DNA of 64,000 nucleotides from a virus, in the IMG/VR virus record IMGVR_UViG_3300050501_000235. The stretch is one strand, 5' to 3'. Positions 39,701 through 48,215 of the stretch are shown piece by piece. The notes below the pieces were generated by a model that saw only the letters and a list, made by a program, of their open reading frames with translations, searched no databases and was not told where the DNA came from. The position numbers and the translations under genes were made by a program. Positions within the stretch are counted from its first letter, which is position 1. The number at the start of each line of letters is the position of its first letter.

Positions 39701-39787
39701 AAGCTCGGAGCTGAAGTTACGAACTACTCGCGACGCCTCATCACGTGCACGGAGGAGGAGATAGATCTCACGTGTTGACGCTGGCAC
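36746..39787 (-). CDS. Tape measure protein
   Basis: 1013 aa. N-terminal coiled coil, central hydrophobic/TM region, long W-rich pseudo-repeats (WNAV../WNTV../WEAVW..). Confidence 0.85.
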   Translation of the reverse strand: MPASTREIYLLLRARDEASRVVRNFSSELMRSAAAAQAAARRAEAETHRQTAANLRAAGATRQQVQAHIAMARQLDAEARAIEEAEARQRRFGQSLSAVSGGLETLGIGFAVAGGLALAFLHGSAQLWAEYERQVALTRTQVDGFSASMQEVGDIGLDIARRIPVAFEEIQPALFDIFSSTNANLAQSKILLEAFSKAAVAGQTDIQTAARGTISIMNAYNIPFEKVNDILDIQFELVRKGVGTYEEFANVFGRVVPAATRAGQSFETVAAMLAFMTRNGQSAAMASTSAARALEALTNPKTVSRMEDMGVKVRDIHGNFLPLIDILTQLREKILKLPPADRVAALTEMLKSSGGTIQARRFIEQVLLREGDLENFRDLLTSMSNASGVMEEKFGDMANTAAAKMQLLSNRWTVLRLAIGEAAAPILLKLVEFLSKIVEWFNNLDPSTKNIITQFLIWGGVLATVGGILLIFLGFLAGLVAAVVTAGTGLLYLVGAVAVLGAAFAGGAAGIALLWKRSEGFRNAVEQLKNTILDFWKNAFMPAWQTIVKFFEERVLPVTKEVWETFGKNLATAVKFVADSIQNFLVPLLQEAVKWYAQNKESVDRAIGVLITLAKWIAIVGGVLIAVFVGIIGGSVIAMIGIFIATIMTVVAVWTAVVDAVVAAAKFLADVWHTVWDAVSSFFVEVWNAIVSFLQATWNFIVGLFMGMMGFLGNLWRTFWQSDIGELIIAIFQLIQAAAELFWTIIVKIFQIGAEILRRIWEAVWGAISSAAQAVWGAISEFFQMIWNGILAFWNMIWGAIGDEVMSTLNAIWSFVQMIWNAVSGFTRSVWNGLVSVISSTLSQIWNTVTSVFKSVRDFFANAGTWLLDAGKSIISGLIEGITSKINKLKDKLKEMAKMVKDFWPFSPAKRGPLSGTGDLRNAGRSIVNRLTEGMLRNSDALAGASAQLARKINISPEGAFEASSASGFAPVGPSDSQGGTSKIINNTYNIYTQEIDPKRNAAELGFLIDGRL

Positions 39788-39799
39788 CGTCTCCTCCTC

Positions 39800-40060
39800 T
39801 CACTGCTTCCCCTGCAACCGACGTCTCCGGGCCTCTGATCGTTTCTCTTCCAGATCCCGCTTCTCGCTAAGAGCTGATTCATACACGTTGAGCATGTATA
39901 TGAAGAAGCTATCTTGGTCGAGGACCCCTCCGGGCCGTGGAAGCGCTCGGAGAGTTTTACAGTTCTGAATTAGAGATATGATCACAGAGCCGTCATCATC
40001 AAAGTCATCGAACGGACGGTTAGCTACGACGAAGGCGCGGATGCGCCACTCGAGTTTTTT
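39800..40060 (-). CDS. Tail assembly chaperone -1 frameshift extension (GT-like product)
   Basis: Slippery heptamer A_AAA_AAC at 40054..40060 (minus strand) in the zero frame of the chaperone. The -1 frame is open from there through track ORF 39800..39985. Confidence 0.5.
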   Translation of the reverse strand, partial: KKLEWRIRAFVVANRPFDDFDDDGSVIISLIQNCKTLRALPRPGGVLDQDSFFIYMLNVYESALSEKRDLEEKRSEARRRRLQGKQ

Positions 40061-40472
40061 GCTTCGTCATCCAGTTCGAAGTTGTTGATCTCGTCGATGT
40101 AGGTGGCAATCTCCTCCGCAATCCGACCCGCGATCAACTTCACATCGGCGGGCTTCTTGAAGTCGAGCGGCTCCTCGTGTGCGCCGGGGGCGTCTGCCTT
40201 GCACGGCTGGCCAGCGCTGTCGACCATCTTGGTGAGGTTGTGGCCCTCGATACAGTGTGCGAAGTCGTAGAGCTCCGACTCCTCTTTGAAGATGTCGATG
40301 ATGCTCGTCGCGTCCTTGCTGCCACGTTGCATCTTCATCTCCATCTTGGAGTTGTACGCACGTCGCTGGAGCTTCTCGCCGTAAATCATACGGCGAATCT
40401 CGACATAGCCACCCGGGCAGGACTTGAGGTCCTTCCGCGTAGGCTCTTCCATTACAACTGCGAGTGGCATTG
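40024..40472 (-). CDS. Tail assembly chaperone (G-like)
   Basis: ATG at 40472 (MPLAVVMEEP...) inside track ORF 40024..40614. Position between major tail and tape measure. Confidence 0.55.
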
Positions 40473-40672
40473 ATGACTCTCCTCTAGTCAGCCAATCCAT
40501 TAACCTTGCCGAACCCTCCAGGCCTCCCACTACCACAAAGGCCCAGAACAACCCACGTACAAACTGAGTTAGACTATCGGGATCTTGAGGGCTTAGTAAG
40601 GTGTTTAGGCCCATGGGAACCTCTGTCTAATCGCAATCTAATGTGGTCTGTTTCCGATCTCTCTTGCTTTGC

Positions 40673-41611
40673 TTACACGATGTCTTCTTGCGTCTTGACA
40701 ACGATCTGGTAGTCCTTGCCGGCGCCGTCGATGACTGCACGGTAGCCGATGCTCGCCTGGTTGAGGTCACCCTGACCGCTCAAGCCGACCTCGTAGGTCT
40801 CCTTGTACGAGACGGGCATAAGGAGCGAGACGCTGTTGTTGGCTCCCTTAGACGCTGTGAGCGTGATGCTCTGAGCCGTCACGGACTTGAACAGATCATA
40901 GTCCGCACGGGTCAGGAAGTCACGGCTCATCGTCCACGTCACGTCGCGCTCACCGAAGTTGACGAAGTCAGCGCCACGACCTGTGCTCTTGAGCCTGAAC
41001 TTGGCCTCAGCGTTGTCCTCGCAAGTCCACTCGAACGTGTCTGTGTCGAGCACGGGCGTCGCAGTCGGAATCTCGATGCTGTACTGGCCCATACCGAACG
41101 GCACAGTCGTAGGCCACGTCGCAACAGGCGTAGACTGCGCAGCTTCATTACGTGCGATGAGGCTGACGCCGAAGTTCAAGATGCCATTGTTGATCGAGAA
41201 CTTGTACGAACCAACGGTCACACCTGTGTAGCCGAACACCTGGTCCGAGCGGACGATTGTGATCGACATCGTCTTGGTAGGAATGGCCAAGTTGGTTGCG
41301 TTGCCTGTCAGAGTGTACGTGAAGTTAGGCGTGGAGCCCGACTTCACGACGGCTGTACGAGAACAGTACAGGAAGTAGATGAGGCAGTCCTCGAGCGCCT
41401 CCATGTCGATGTCGCCCTCGGCGTGCTCGTTACCAGCAACGGCGCCGATCACAGCAGCTGACTGTCGAATGGGCCGACGGAACTGAGTGTCTTCCACCTG
41501 GTGCAGTGACTCACTGAGGAAGGGAACGAACTTGGTGGGTGCGATGTATGTGCCCGAGACGGTCTCCAGGGCGATGCCCATAAGACCGCTAGCACCAATC
41601 CCTAGTGGCAT
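40673..41611 (-). CDS. Major tail protein
   Basis: 312 aa. RBS GGAGGAGGGAAACTAAATG. Position upstream of the chaperones. Confidence 0.6.
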   Translation of the reverse strand: MPLGIGASGLMGIALETVSGTYIAPTKFVPFLSESLHQVEDTQFRRPIRQSAAVIGAVAGNEHAEGDIDMEALEDCLIYFLYCSRTAVVKSGSTPNFTYTLTGNATNLAIPTKTMSITIVRSDQVFGYTGVTVGSYKFSINNGILNFGVSLIARNEAAQSTPVATWPTTVPFGMGQYSIEIPTATPVLDTDTFEWTCEDNAEAKFRLKSTGRGADFVNFGERDVTWTMSRDFLTRADYDLFKSVTAQSITLTASKGANNSVSLLMPVSYKETYEVGLSGQGDLNQASIGYRAVIDGAGKDYQIVVKTQEDIV

Positions 41612-41821
41612 TTAGTTTCCCTCCTCCGACGTGCGCGCGTTCAAGATAATGGTGACCTCGACGCCTTCGGGGAGGCCAGCTTGGACAAGTGACAGTCCCC
41701 TGAAAAGGCGGAAGCTCTCTGCCGCCTGCTCGTCGACCTCGTAGGTCTCGCCGGGCTGGAGGACACCGAGACCGTCCACGGTCACAGCCTCCTCGCGCCG
41801 CGACGCAAGTTGGTACTTCAT
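41612..41821 (-). CDS. Hypothetical head-tail module protein
   Basis: ORF track, 69 aa. Confidence 0.4.
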   Translation of the reverse strand: MKYQLASRREEAVTVDGLGVLQPGETYEVDEQAAESFRLFRGLSLVQAGLPEGVEVTIILNARTSEEGN

Positions 41822-41829
41822 GGTGCCTC

Positions 41830-42312
41830 CTATGCCAGCCGTTGAAGGCTCGTCTTCGTTGTGCTAGTCCAAACCATTTGCACTGCGTTGTACAGTGTGC
41901 CCTGACGGTACGAGTAGCCGGGGTCAAGCAGCGTACAGAAGCCGTGGATGGTCAGCTGACGTGTCTGCGTAGCATCGCTGTACAGTCGGATGTGATTCAC
42001 GTGCAGGTAGTTCTTGATGCGCTGGGCAAGAGCATTGCACTCCACCCTCGAGAGCTGCTGCTCACGATCCACTTTTGAGTGGTAGAGATAGAAGCCTGTC
42101 TCGATCTGCATGAGTGTCATGTCTGGCACACCCTGGAGCTGCCTCCGCTCAGTTCCGGGTTCCACACATATGCACGGTGTCCTAGGCACAAGTAGCTGGT
42201 CGCCAAACCAAACATCTTGCAGACCCATCTCAGCCTTGACAGACTCAAGGATCGCCTTGAACCTCTGTGCGACCTCAAGTGTGCTATCAGACAACGCGTA
42301 CGGGGCACTCAT
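41830..42312 (-). CDS. Head-tail connector / tail terminator-like protein
   Basis: ORF track, 160 aa. Position. Confidence 0.45.
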   Translation of the reverse strand: MSAPYALSDSTLEVAQRFKAILESVKAEMGLQDVWFGDQLLVPRTPCICVEPGTERRQLQGVPDMTLMQIETGFYLYHSKVDREQQLSRVECNALAQRIKNYLHVNHIRLYSDATQTRQLTIHGFCTLLDPGYSYRQGTLYNAVQMVWTSTTKTSLQRLA

Positions 42313-42989
42313 CGTGAGAACCTCCCGAACTCAATTGTCTGCTTGACCATCCACAGGTAGGAGATGTCCTGGATGTCGTCGATGTCATCCTCTTGGAACA
42401 TGATAAAGCGCCGCTGTGGAATCTGAACGGCCTTGTGTCCGCCGGAACCCCGTGCTTCGTCCAGAAGCTTGAATGCCTGCTTGAGGACTGCCAAGCCACC
42501 AGCCTTCGAGCCTAGCGACTTGGAAGCCTTGGCAACGAACGGAGCGAAGCCACCTGATCCTTGCTGGTGAATAGCTCCATACCAAATGTTGTCAGGCAAG
42601 CTGCGCACCGTGGCACTAGTGTTGCCGATGTCCCAGATCTTGAACGAGGACGCACCGCGCTGCAGTGCACCAGTTCTGATCAGTGGCTTGTCGCCGCCTT
42701 CGACACCTGCCAAACCCTTCACCTGTAGGGTGTACTCAGCAAGTGGAGGCCACTTCTCGGGACGACCACCAGATTCGAAGTTCTTCCGAATGGACGGCAT
42801 CATGACATCTTTGATGGACTTCTCCAGAGGCTCCTTGAACGATGCAAGAGCCAAACCCATCCTGTCGATGTCCTTAGCCACAATGCCGATTGAAGGTGTG
42901 ATCTGCCAACCGACATCGAGGTCACGATCGAAGCGCATGCCACCAAGTGCCAGCATGATCTGGTGCTTCGTGATCATCGGGTCGGCCAT
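42309..42989 (-). CDS. Head-tail connector protein
   Basis: ORF track, 226 aa. Position. Confidence 0.45.
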   Translation of the reverse strand: MADPMITKHQIMLALGGMRFDRDLDVGWQITPSIGIVAKDIDRMGLALASFKEPLEKSIKDVMMPSIRKNFESGGRPEKWPPLAEYTLQVKGLAGVEGGDKPLIRTGALQRGASSFKIWDIGNTSATVRSLPDNIWYGAIHQQGSGGFAPFVAKASKSLGSKAGGLAVLKQAFKLLDEARGSGGHKAVQIPQRRFIMFQEDDIDDIQDISYLWMVKQTIEFGRFSR

Positions 42990-43465
42990 CAGAACACCAT
43001 CCCCATGGAGAACTTGGCTGGACCCAGCGAAGGGTCATCGCGCGTAGGTTCCATCGCAGACGATGCATCTGTGGGATAGAAGACTGGACCGATATTGGAT
43101 GTCACACCAGGTACGTCGATCGATCCGTCTACGAGACCCTGAATGATGATTGTGGCGTTAGCCTCCAACGAAGCGGCATAGGCTGCGTCACCCTCACCCA
43201 GCGACTCGCTGTACTGACGACGATAGGCCCATGCCACAAACATCTTGGCGATAGCCACGCGAATCAACTTCGGAGTGGTTGTCTCGTTGGTCCATGTCGA
43301 TTGGTTGGGGTAGGCAGGAAGGACGCGAGCGAGGATCTCCTCTTCGATCTCTGCAAGCAGCGCCAAGTTCTGGTCATTGAAGGGATTCTCAAAGGTGAAC
43401 TTGGTTCCCTCTACCCACGCTTGGGCCTCTGCCACTGAGATTCGCGCCATGGACTCCTCCTCCAC
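42989..43465 (-). CDS. Head-tail adaptor protein
   Basis: ORF track, 158 aa. Position. Confidence 0.45.
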   Translation of the reverse strand: MEEESMARISVAEAQAWVEGTKFTFENPFNDQNLALLAEIEEEILARVLPAYPNQSTWTNETTTPKLIRVAIAKMFVAWAYRRQYSESLGEGDAAYAASLEANATIIIQGLVDGSIDVPGVTSNIGPVFYPTDASSAMEPTRDDPSLGPAKFSMGMVF

Positions 43466-43534
43466 GTTGCACTAAGTCCGCGACGGGCCACAGACTCTCC
43501 GTCCCCAAGAATCTGCGGCCCGTCTCACTACACC

Positions 43535-43798
43535 TTAGGCAGCCGGTGTGCCCTCGGTGCCCCCACCCTCAGTGCCCTTGGGTGTCTCGGTCGCTGTCGA
43601 GCCACCCGTCTCTGCTGCGGCGGACGCTGACTCATCGGAGTCAGTCACCACGGCCTCCTCCAGGGAGCCGGCGTCCCAGAGCTGGGCCATCTCTTCCTTG
43701 CTCAGTCCAGTCACCGGATCGCCGGGCATGAAGATCTTGACGGTCCCATCCGCAGCGCCGTACTGGATTCTGGTTGTTGCCTTCCAACCCTTGGCCAT
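43535..43798 (-). CDS. Hypothetical structural protein with Gly/Thr/Glu-rich tail
   Basis: ORF track, 87 aa. Confidence 0.4.
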   Translation of the reverse strand: MAKGWKATTRIQYGAADGTVKIFMPGDPVTGLSKEEMAQLWDAGSLEEAVVTDSDESASAAAETGGSTATETPKGTEGGGTEGTPAA

Positions 43799-43810
43799 GT
43801 CGATACTCCC

Positions 43811-44791
43811 TTACGCAATCGCGGTCTTGATCAGGTAGCCGGCGATGGACTTGTTGGCGTCCGCCGTACCAGCGTCACCCACGGCCGTGAGCTTCAGGTC
43901 GTAGCGCCGACGGCACCGGATGAGATCCGACACGCGCTGCTCTTCACGCCACCGGTCGACGAACTGACGGCCCCACGTGAACTCGTAGCCGTAGGCAGGA
44001 ATCCTCAGGCCAGCACGACCGGGCACGTAGGCAAGGATGACGTCCTTGCCCCACACGTAGCCGAGCGTCGCAGGCTGACCCTCGTTGGCCGTGTTCATGC
44101 CGCAACCGGGGATGACCACCTCGGGGATACCCAGAACGGCCGCCAGCAGCTCGGGCGAGAAGATGGCCCGCTCCGAGTACTTGATGCGCTCGAGGAAGTC
44201 CGGGTGGTCCTCGAGCTTCGTCATGACCTGGTAAGGGATCACGGCGACGGTCGGCTCGAAGAAGATGCGCGAGTGGATAGCGGACTTCGCCGTGCGCAGG
44301 TCCGAGATCGGATCCGAGTTGACGTAGTCGTTCCACTGCTGCGTACCGGAAAGCGTGACGGTGTTGGTCGAGGCGTAGTTCGCAGCGGTCGTGGCGAGCG
44401 TCTTCATCGCCACCTCGCGACCCAGCATCACGCGAGAGGTCACGAGCTCGGTACCGTCGCGGTCAGGCGCCAGCGGAGAGTCGCTGTTCTCGCGCTCCTC
44501 GTCGGTCACCGGCACCTGGAGTGCGTGCTCCTGTGCGTAGTAGGTGTCCGTCGAGACCTGGAGGCCGGGAATCTCATTGGCGATCGAGCCAGGTGCACGC
44601 ACGTCGCCGGCTTCCGGAAGCCACATCTCACGACCGAAGATGTAGTACTTGTCCGACTGCTTGCGAACGGTGACGGCCGGGAACAGCCGCGAGCCGGCCA
44701 AGTTCTGCATGTTCGGCCACGCGATGGAAATGTTGGTGAGGACCTCATCAATGTGGACGTTGCCGCCACCTGAGGGGTTGTACACAGGCAT
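43811..44791 (-). CDS. Major capsid protein (HK97-fold-like)
   Basis: 326 aa. RBS GAGAGGAGTTGAAAGATG. Position after scaffold/decoration. Confidence 0.65.
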   Translation of the reverse strand: MPVYNPSGGGNVHIDEVLTNISIAWPNMQNLAGSRLFPAVTVRKQSDKYYIFGREMWLPEAGDVRAPGSIANEIPGLQVSTDTYYAQEHALQVPVTDEERENSDSPLAPDRDGTELVTSRVMLGREVAMKTLATTAANYASTNTVTLSGTQQWNDYVNSDPISDLRTAKSAIHSRIFFEPTVAVIPYQVMTKLEDHPDFLERIKYSERAIFSPELLAAVLGIPEVVIPGCGMNTANEGQPATLGYVWGKDVILAYVPGRAGLRIPAYGYEFTWGRQFVDRWREEQRVSDLIRCRRRYDLKLTAVGDAGTADANKSIAGYLIKTAIA

Positions 44792-44809
44792 CTTTCAACT
44801 CCTCTCAGG

Positions 44810-45235
44810 TTACGGGGCGACGATCCCCGGGGTCAGAAGCACGTCGATGAGGTCACCGGCGGCGAGTGATCCCGTCGGGAGACCCACCACGATGCCGAGC
44901 TGCTGGTTACCCGTTGCAGCGATGACGGCACCGCCCGCGTTGCCCAACGTCACGCGCGACATGAAGGTGATCGACGCCGCCGTCTGCACGTACAGCTTGG
45001 TGATGCCGAGCATCCGAACGTTAGCGACGGCCTTGCCAGTGGCGACGTCGACCTGATCGAGGTCGTCCTGCACCACACCGATGCCGATCGTCGACGCTGC
45101 GACGTTGAGGTCAATGAAGTCGGTCGTGACCCACTTCACGCCACGGAACTTGGTGACGCCCGCAGCTGCGGAGCTGTTGTAAGTCGACAGGACCTTGTAG
45201 CCCTTGTCGAGGACCATGTTACCACCGTGAGACAT
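44810..45235 (-). CDS. Head decoration-like protein
   Basis: 141 aa, beta-rich and Gly/Ala/Val-rich. Between the scaffold/protease gene and the capsid gene. Confidence 0.4.
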   Translation of the reverse strand: MSHGGNMVLDKGYKVLSTYNSSAAAGVTKFRGVKWVTTDFIDLNVAASTIGIGVVQDDLDQVDVATGKAVANVRMLGITKLYVQTAASITFMSRVTLGNAGGAVIAATGNQQLGIVVGLPTGSLAAGDLIDVLLTPGIVAP

Positions 45236-45249
45236 CTACTACACCTCCC

Positions 45250-46413
45250 TTAGGCCCTGAACGCGAACGACTCGTCGCGGTAGGCGTCGTACAGCTCGAC
45301 GTTCTCGGCCGCGACGCGCTCACATGCGGCCGCGTAGTCCATGCCAGCCTTGACCTTCTCGGCCACCAGCTCGTTGAACTGCTGCCCGGCGTTCTTGTCC
45401 CGGCTGTAGCGCGTGTTCGACCTGGCGCGCTCGCCCATTTCCACCACGACGGCCTGGCTGGTCATCATGTGATCCATGAGCTGCCAGAACTTCGCGACGA
45501 CCTCAGGGTCAGCCATGCCGACCACGACGTCGTGAATGAGGTCCTTGGTCGTCGGCGTGACAACCAAGCTGGAGCGGTCGAGCTCGGCCATCCTGCTGGT
45601 GATCTCGTGCTCACGCAGCTGCTTGGTGAGGTCTGCCGTCTCGCGCAGCTTGTCCTCGAAGCCGGTGATCATGTCTCTGATCAAGGGGTTGGACTTCGCG
45701 AGCTCCTTGAGCTCCTGCGACATCTGGAGCGTGGGCGCCGGCGGTGCAGGCGGAGTGGGGTTGGGAGGCGTCACCGGATCGTTGAGCTTCGCCAGCTTCT
45801 CGCCGAAGGCCTTCCAGGTGTCGTCATCCGACGTGGTCTCCGGCAGACCCAAGGACTCCCGGAGCTTCTTCATATCCATATCGTCCTCCGTGGGAGGTGG
45901 GATTGCCGGGCCACCGAAGGTGAGATCCGACAGATTGACTGGAACAAGGTTCTTCAGGTACGGTCGGTTCGTGAGCCCGCCACCGAAGATGACGTTCTTG
46001 TGCTCCTTGCCGTGCTGATCAGTCCACAACGTGGTGAACGTCGGCGAGAAGTACTTGTACTCCTTGGCGATGATCTTCTTCTTGGCGTCGTCGGTCCACT
46101 CCACAAGAAGCTGGAGGCCGTCATTGGGCTGCTTGGCAGCCTGGACACGAGCACCCTTGACCCAGCCGGCTGCGATGCCGTCGTACATCTGGTGATCGTA
46201 GTCGATGACAGGATCCACCGTGCCGAGCGTACGCTTGGTGACACTCGCCGCGTAACCCTTCAGGGCATCTTCGCTGAAGTCCATCTCGCCGTAGATGGGG
46301 TGCTGCACCTTGTCCTGAAGAGGCATGGCGTGGAGCCAAGTGGTGTTCGGGTTCTGCTTGTCAGCGAACTCGATCTGGGAGACGTCGATGAAGTACGTGA
46401 ACTCAGCTCCCAT
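45250..46413 (-). CDS. Capsid maturation protease / scaffolding protein (fusion-like)
   Basis: Probable ATG at 46413 (MGAEFTYF..., RBS GAGGAGGGGTTATG), not the upstream GTG. C-terminal helical coiled-coil and Pro-rich linker. Confidence 0.5.
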   Translation of the reverse strand: MGAEFTYFIDVSQIEFADKQNPNTTWLHAMPLQDKVQHPIYGEMDFSEDALKGYAASVTKRTLGTVDPVIDYDHQMYDGIAAGWVKGARVQAAKQPNDGLQLLVEWTDDAKKKIIAKEYKYFSPTFTTLWTDQHGKEHKNVIFGGGLTNRPYLKNLVPVNLSDLTFGGPAIPPPTEDDMDMKKLRESLGLPETTSDDDTWKAFGEKLAKLNDPVTPPNPTPPAPPAPTLQMSQELKELAKSNPLIRDMITGFEDKLRETADLTKQLREHEITSRMAELDRSSLVVTPTTKDLIHDVVVGMADPEVVAKFWQLMDHMMTSQAVVVEMGERARSNTRYSRDKNAGQQFNELVAEKVKAGMDYAAACERVAAENVELYDAYRDESFAFRA

Positions 46414-46605
46414 AACCCCTCCTCGGTGGCGGCTGCTTCTTGACAGCCTTCTTCGGCGCCGCCTTCTTCTTTGGCATGGCTTTCTTGCCCTTGCCTCCGC
46501 CACCAGACTTCTGCGGCACTACGATCACCCCTCTCGTCAAACCAATTGTACTACAAGGACCTTATGGCTCACACGCTAGCAGGATATAGCGGGAACACTT
46601 ACTTG

Positions 46606-48207
46606 CTAGTCACCCGAATTATCTCGTCCCGACGAACGCTTACCAGGTGATACCGTAGGTGTACCCTTCTGCCTCGGCAGTCCCGTCCGACTTGGCTTCG
46701 GCTTCTTGGCCTGGCCAGTGTCGACGGAGTCATCGTTCGGATCCTCTTCCTCGTCATCCGTCGGCTCGCCAATAACCCATCCGCGGCTTGTGTCAGCGTC
46801 ACGTATTGGCAAGTCGAGCTCTCGGCGGATGAAGTCTTCCAACTCGTCGTCAGGTATGACAGAGCCAGCACCGACGAAGTTGCGGAGGGCGAAGGACATC
46901 GTGCGAATGTCCTCCCACTCACCGATGCGGCGAACGCGAAGGACAGGGTACTTGCGGTTCGTACCCAAGGCGAAGTTCATGTTGACGAGCTGCGGGATGA
47001 CGTGGTGATTGATGATGTCACAGATCGTCAGCGCTATGTACCTCGTCGACTTCATGAACATATCAGTCGACTTAGGATCGACCGAAGAGTCTTCGAGGAA
47101 TGGTGCAAGGATGTTCGCCATGATCTGCATGTTGTGGTGGTTGATGCTCTTCATGCAGTCAACGGGTTGACCCTCGAGCTTGGCGAACAGGATCTCCCAC
47201 CCAGGCGGAATGACAATGTGTGACCGCTCGTTCGTTCGCAAGTTGCGACCGATCTGATCGGCCAGCATCTTGTCCTCCTGGCTAAAGCCCGGTGGGAGCT
47301 TGATGAGCGGCACACCAATACCGTGACGCTCCTTCTGAATGGCATCGATCTTGTACAGCGTGTCCTTGTAGAAGTAGTGCTTGTACGCGGACCGCAACAC
47401 CGAAATGCCACGGAGGTCACCAGCTTCGGCCTCTAGCGAGAAGATGACGAGCTTCTCGATGGGAATGAAGATGCCTGAGGTATCACCGAAGCCGGACATC
47501 TCAGTGGGCTCCATCACAACGCCATCAGGACCGCCATTCTCATCGTACTTCCAGTCACGTACGTCCAGCGGGTGCCGAGGTGCAAGCTTCTTGAGACGGA
47601 TCTTGCCGTCGGGAGACTCTGCACGGTCACGCGGATCAGTCCACACCTTCTCAAAGACCATGTGACCATACTCGCACATCAGCAAGATGTCCTGCAGCAG
47701 CGTGGACCAAGACACGTTCAGCTTGCTGACAAGGTTGTCCTCGACGAATGCAGCGATTCTCTTATCGCGATCAGAGTCGCTTCCAGGCTCTACGAACCAA
47801 CGGCCTGCCTGGATGGGTGTCTTGAGTAGCCGCAGCGAGCCTCGAACGATACCGTCCTGTCGCTTCATGCGGTAGTACTGCACGAGCCCTTGCCGGTCAC
47901 GTAGCTTGGAGTTCCACTCCTCACGCGTCCATGCGGTGAAGGGCGATGGTGAACTGTAACCAAGCTCGCGGATCGACACCGTCGCTGCCGTCGTCTTCTC
48001 AGCCATGACGACGTAGGAGCCGTGCACGGGATCGTGACGAGCCTCAACGACATCCATCGTGGCCAGTGCTTCACGGAATGACAGCTGGCGACCGTGAACG
48101 TACTCAGCCAGACTCGCAGAAGAAGCATCGACGTATTCAAGATCGCGAGTGCGCGCGCCTTCGGAATCACGGATCTCCACAGGGGCGTCGTTGCTTGTTG
48201 CAGTCAT
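46606..48207 (-). CDS. Portal protein
   Basis: 533 aa. Position between TerL and scaffold. Acidic C-terminus. Confidence 0.65.
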   Translation of the reverse strand: MTATSNDAPVEIRDSEGARTRDLEYVDASSASLAEYVHGRQLSFREALATMDVVEARHDPVHGSYVVMAEKTTAATVSIRELGYSSPSPFTAWTREEWNSKLRDRQGLVQYYRMKRQDGIVRGSLRLLKTPIQAGRWFVEPGSDSDRDKRIAAFVEDNLVSKLNVSWSTLLQDILLMCEYGHMVFEKVWTDPRDRAESPDGKIRLKKLAPRHPLDVRDWKYDENGGPDGVVMEPTEMSGFGDTSGIFIPIEKLVIFSLEAEAGDLRGISVLRSAYKHYFYKDTLYKIDAIQKERHGIGVPLIKLPPGFSQEDKMLADQIGRNLRTNERSHIVIPPGWEILFAKLEGQPVDCMKSINHHNMQIMANILAPFLEDSSVDPKSTDMFMKSTRYIALTICDIINHHVIPQLVNMNFALGTNRKYPVLRVRRIGEWEDIRTMSFALRNFVGAGSVIPDDELEDFIRRELDLPIRDADTSRGWVIGEPTDDEEEDPNDDSVDTGQAKKPKPSRTGLPRQKGTPTVSPGKRSSGRDNSGD

Positions 48208-48215
48208 GGCTGCTC

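Noticed and set aside
40643-46443. Plus-strand ORFs 40643..41461, 44204..44773 and 45469..46443 opposite the major tail, capsid and scaffold genes
   Set aside because: They are antisense to well-supported structural genes in a contiguous minus-strand operon.
46408-46482. 24-aa Lys-rich minus-strand mini-ORF (MPKKKAAPKKAVKKQPPPRRGYGS) upstream of the scaffold/protease start
   Set aside because: It overlaps the probable RBS and start of the scaffold/protease gene and is too short and compositionally trivial to call.
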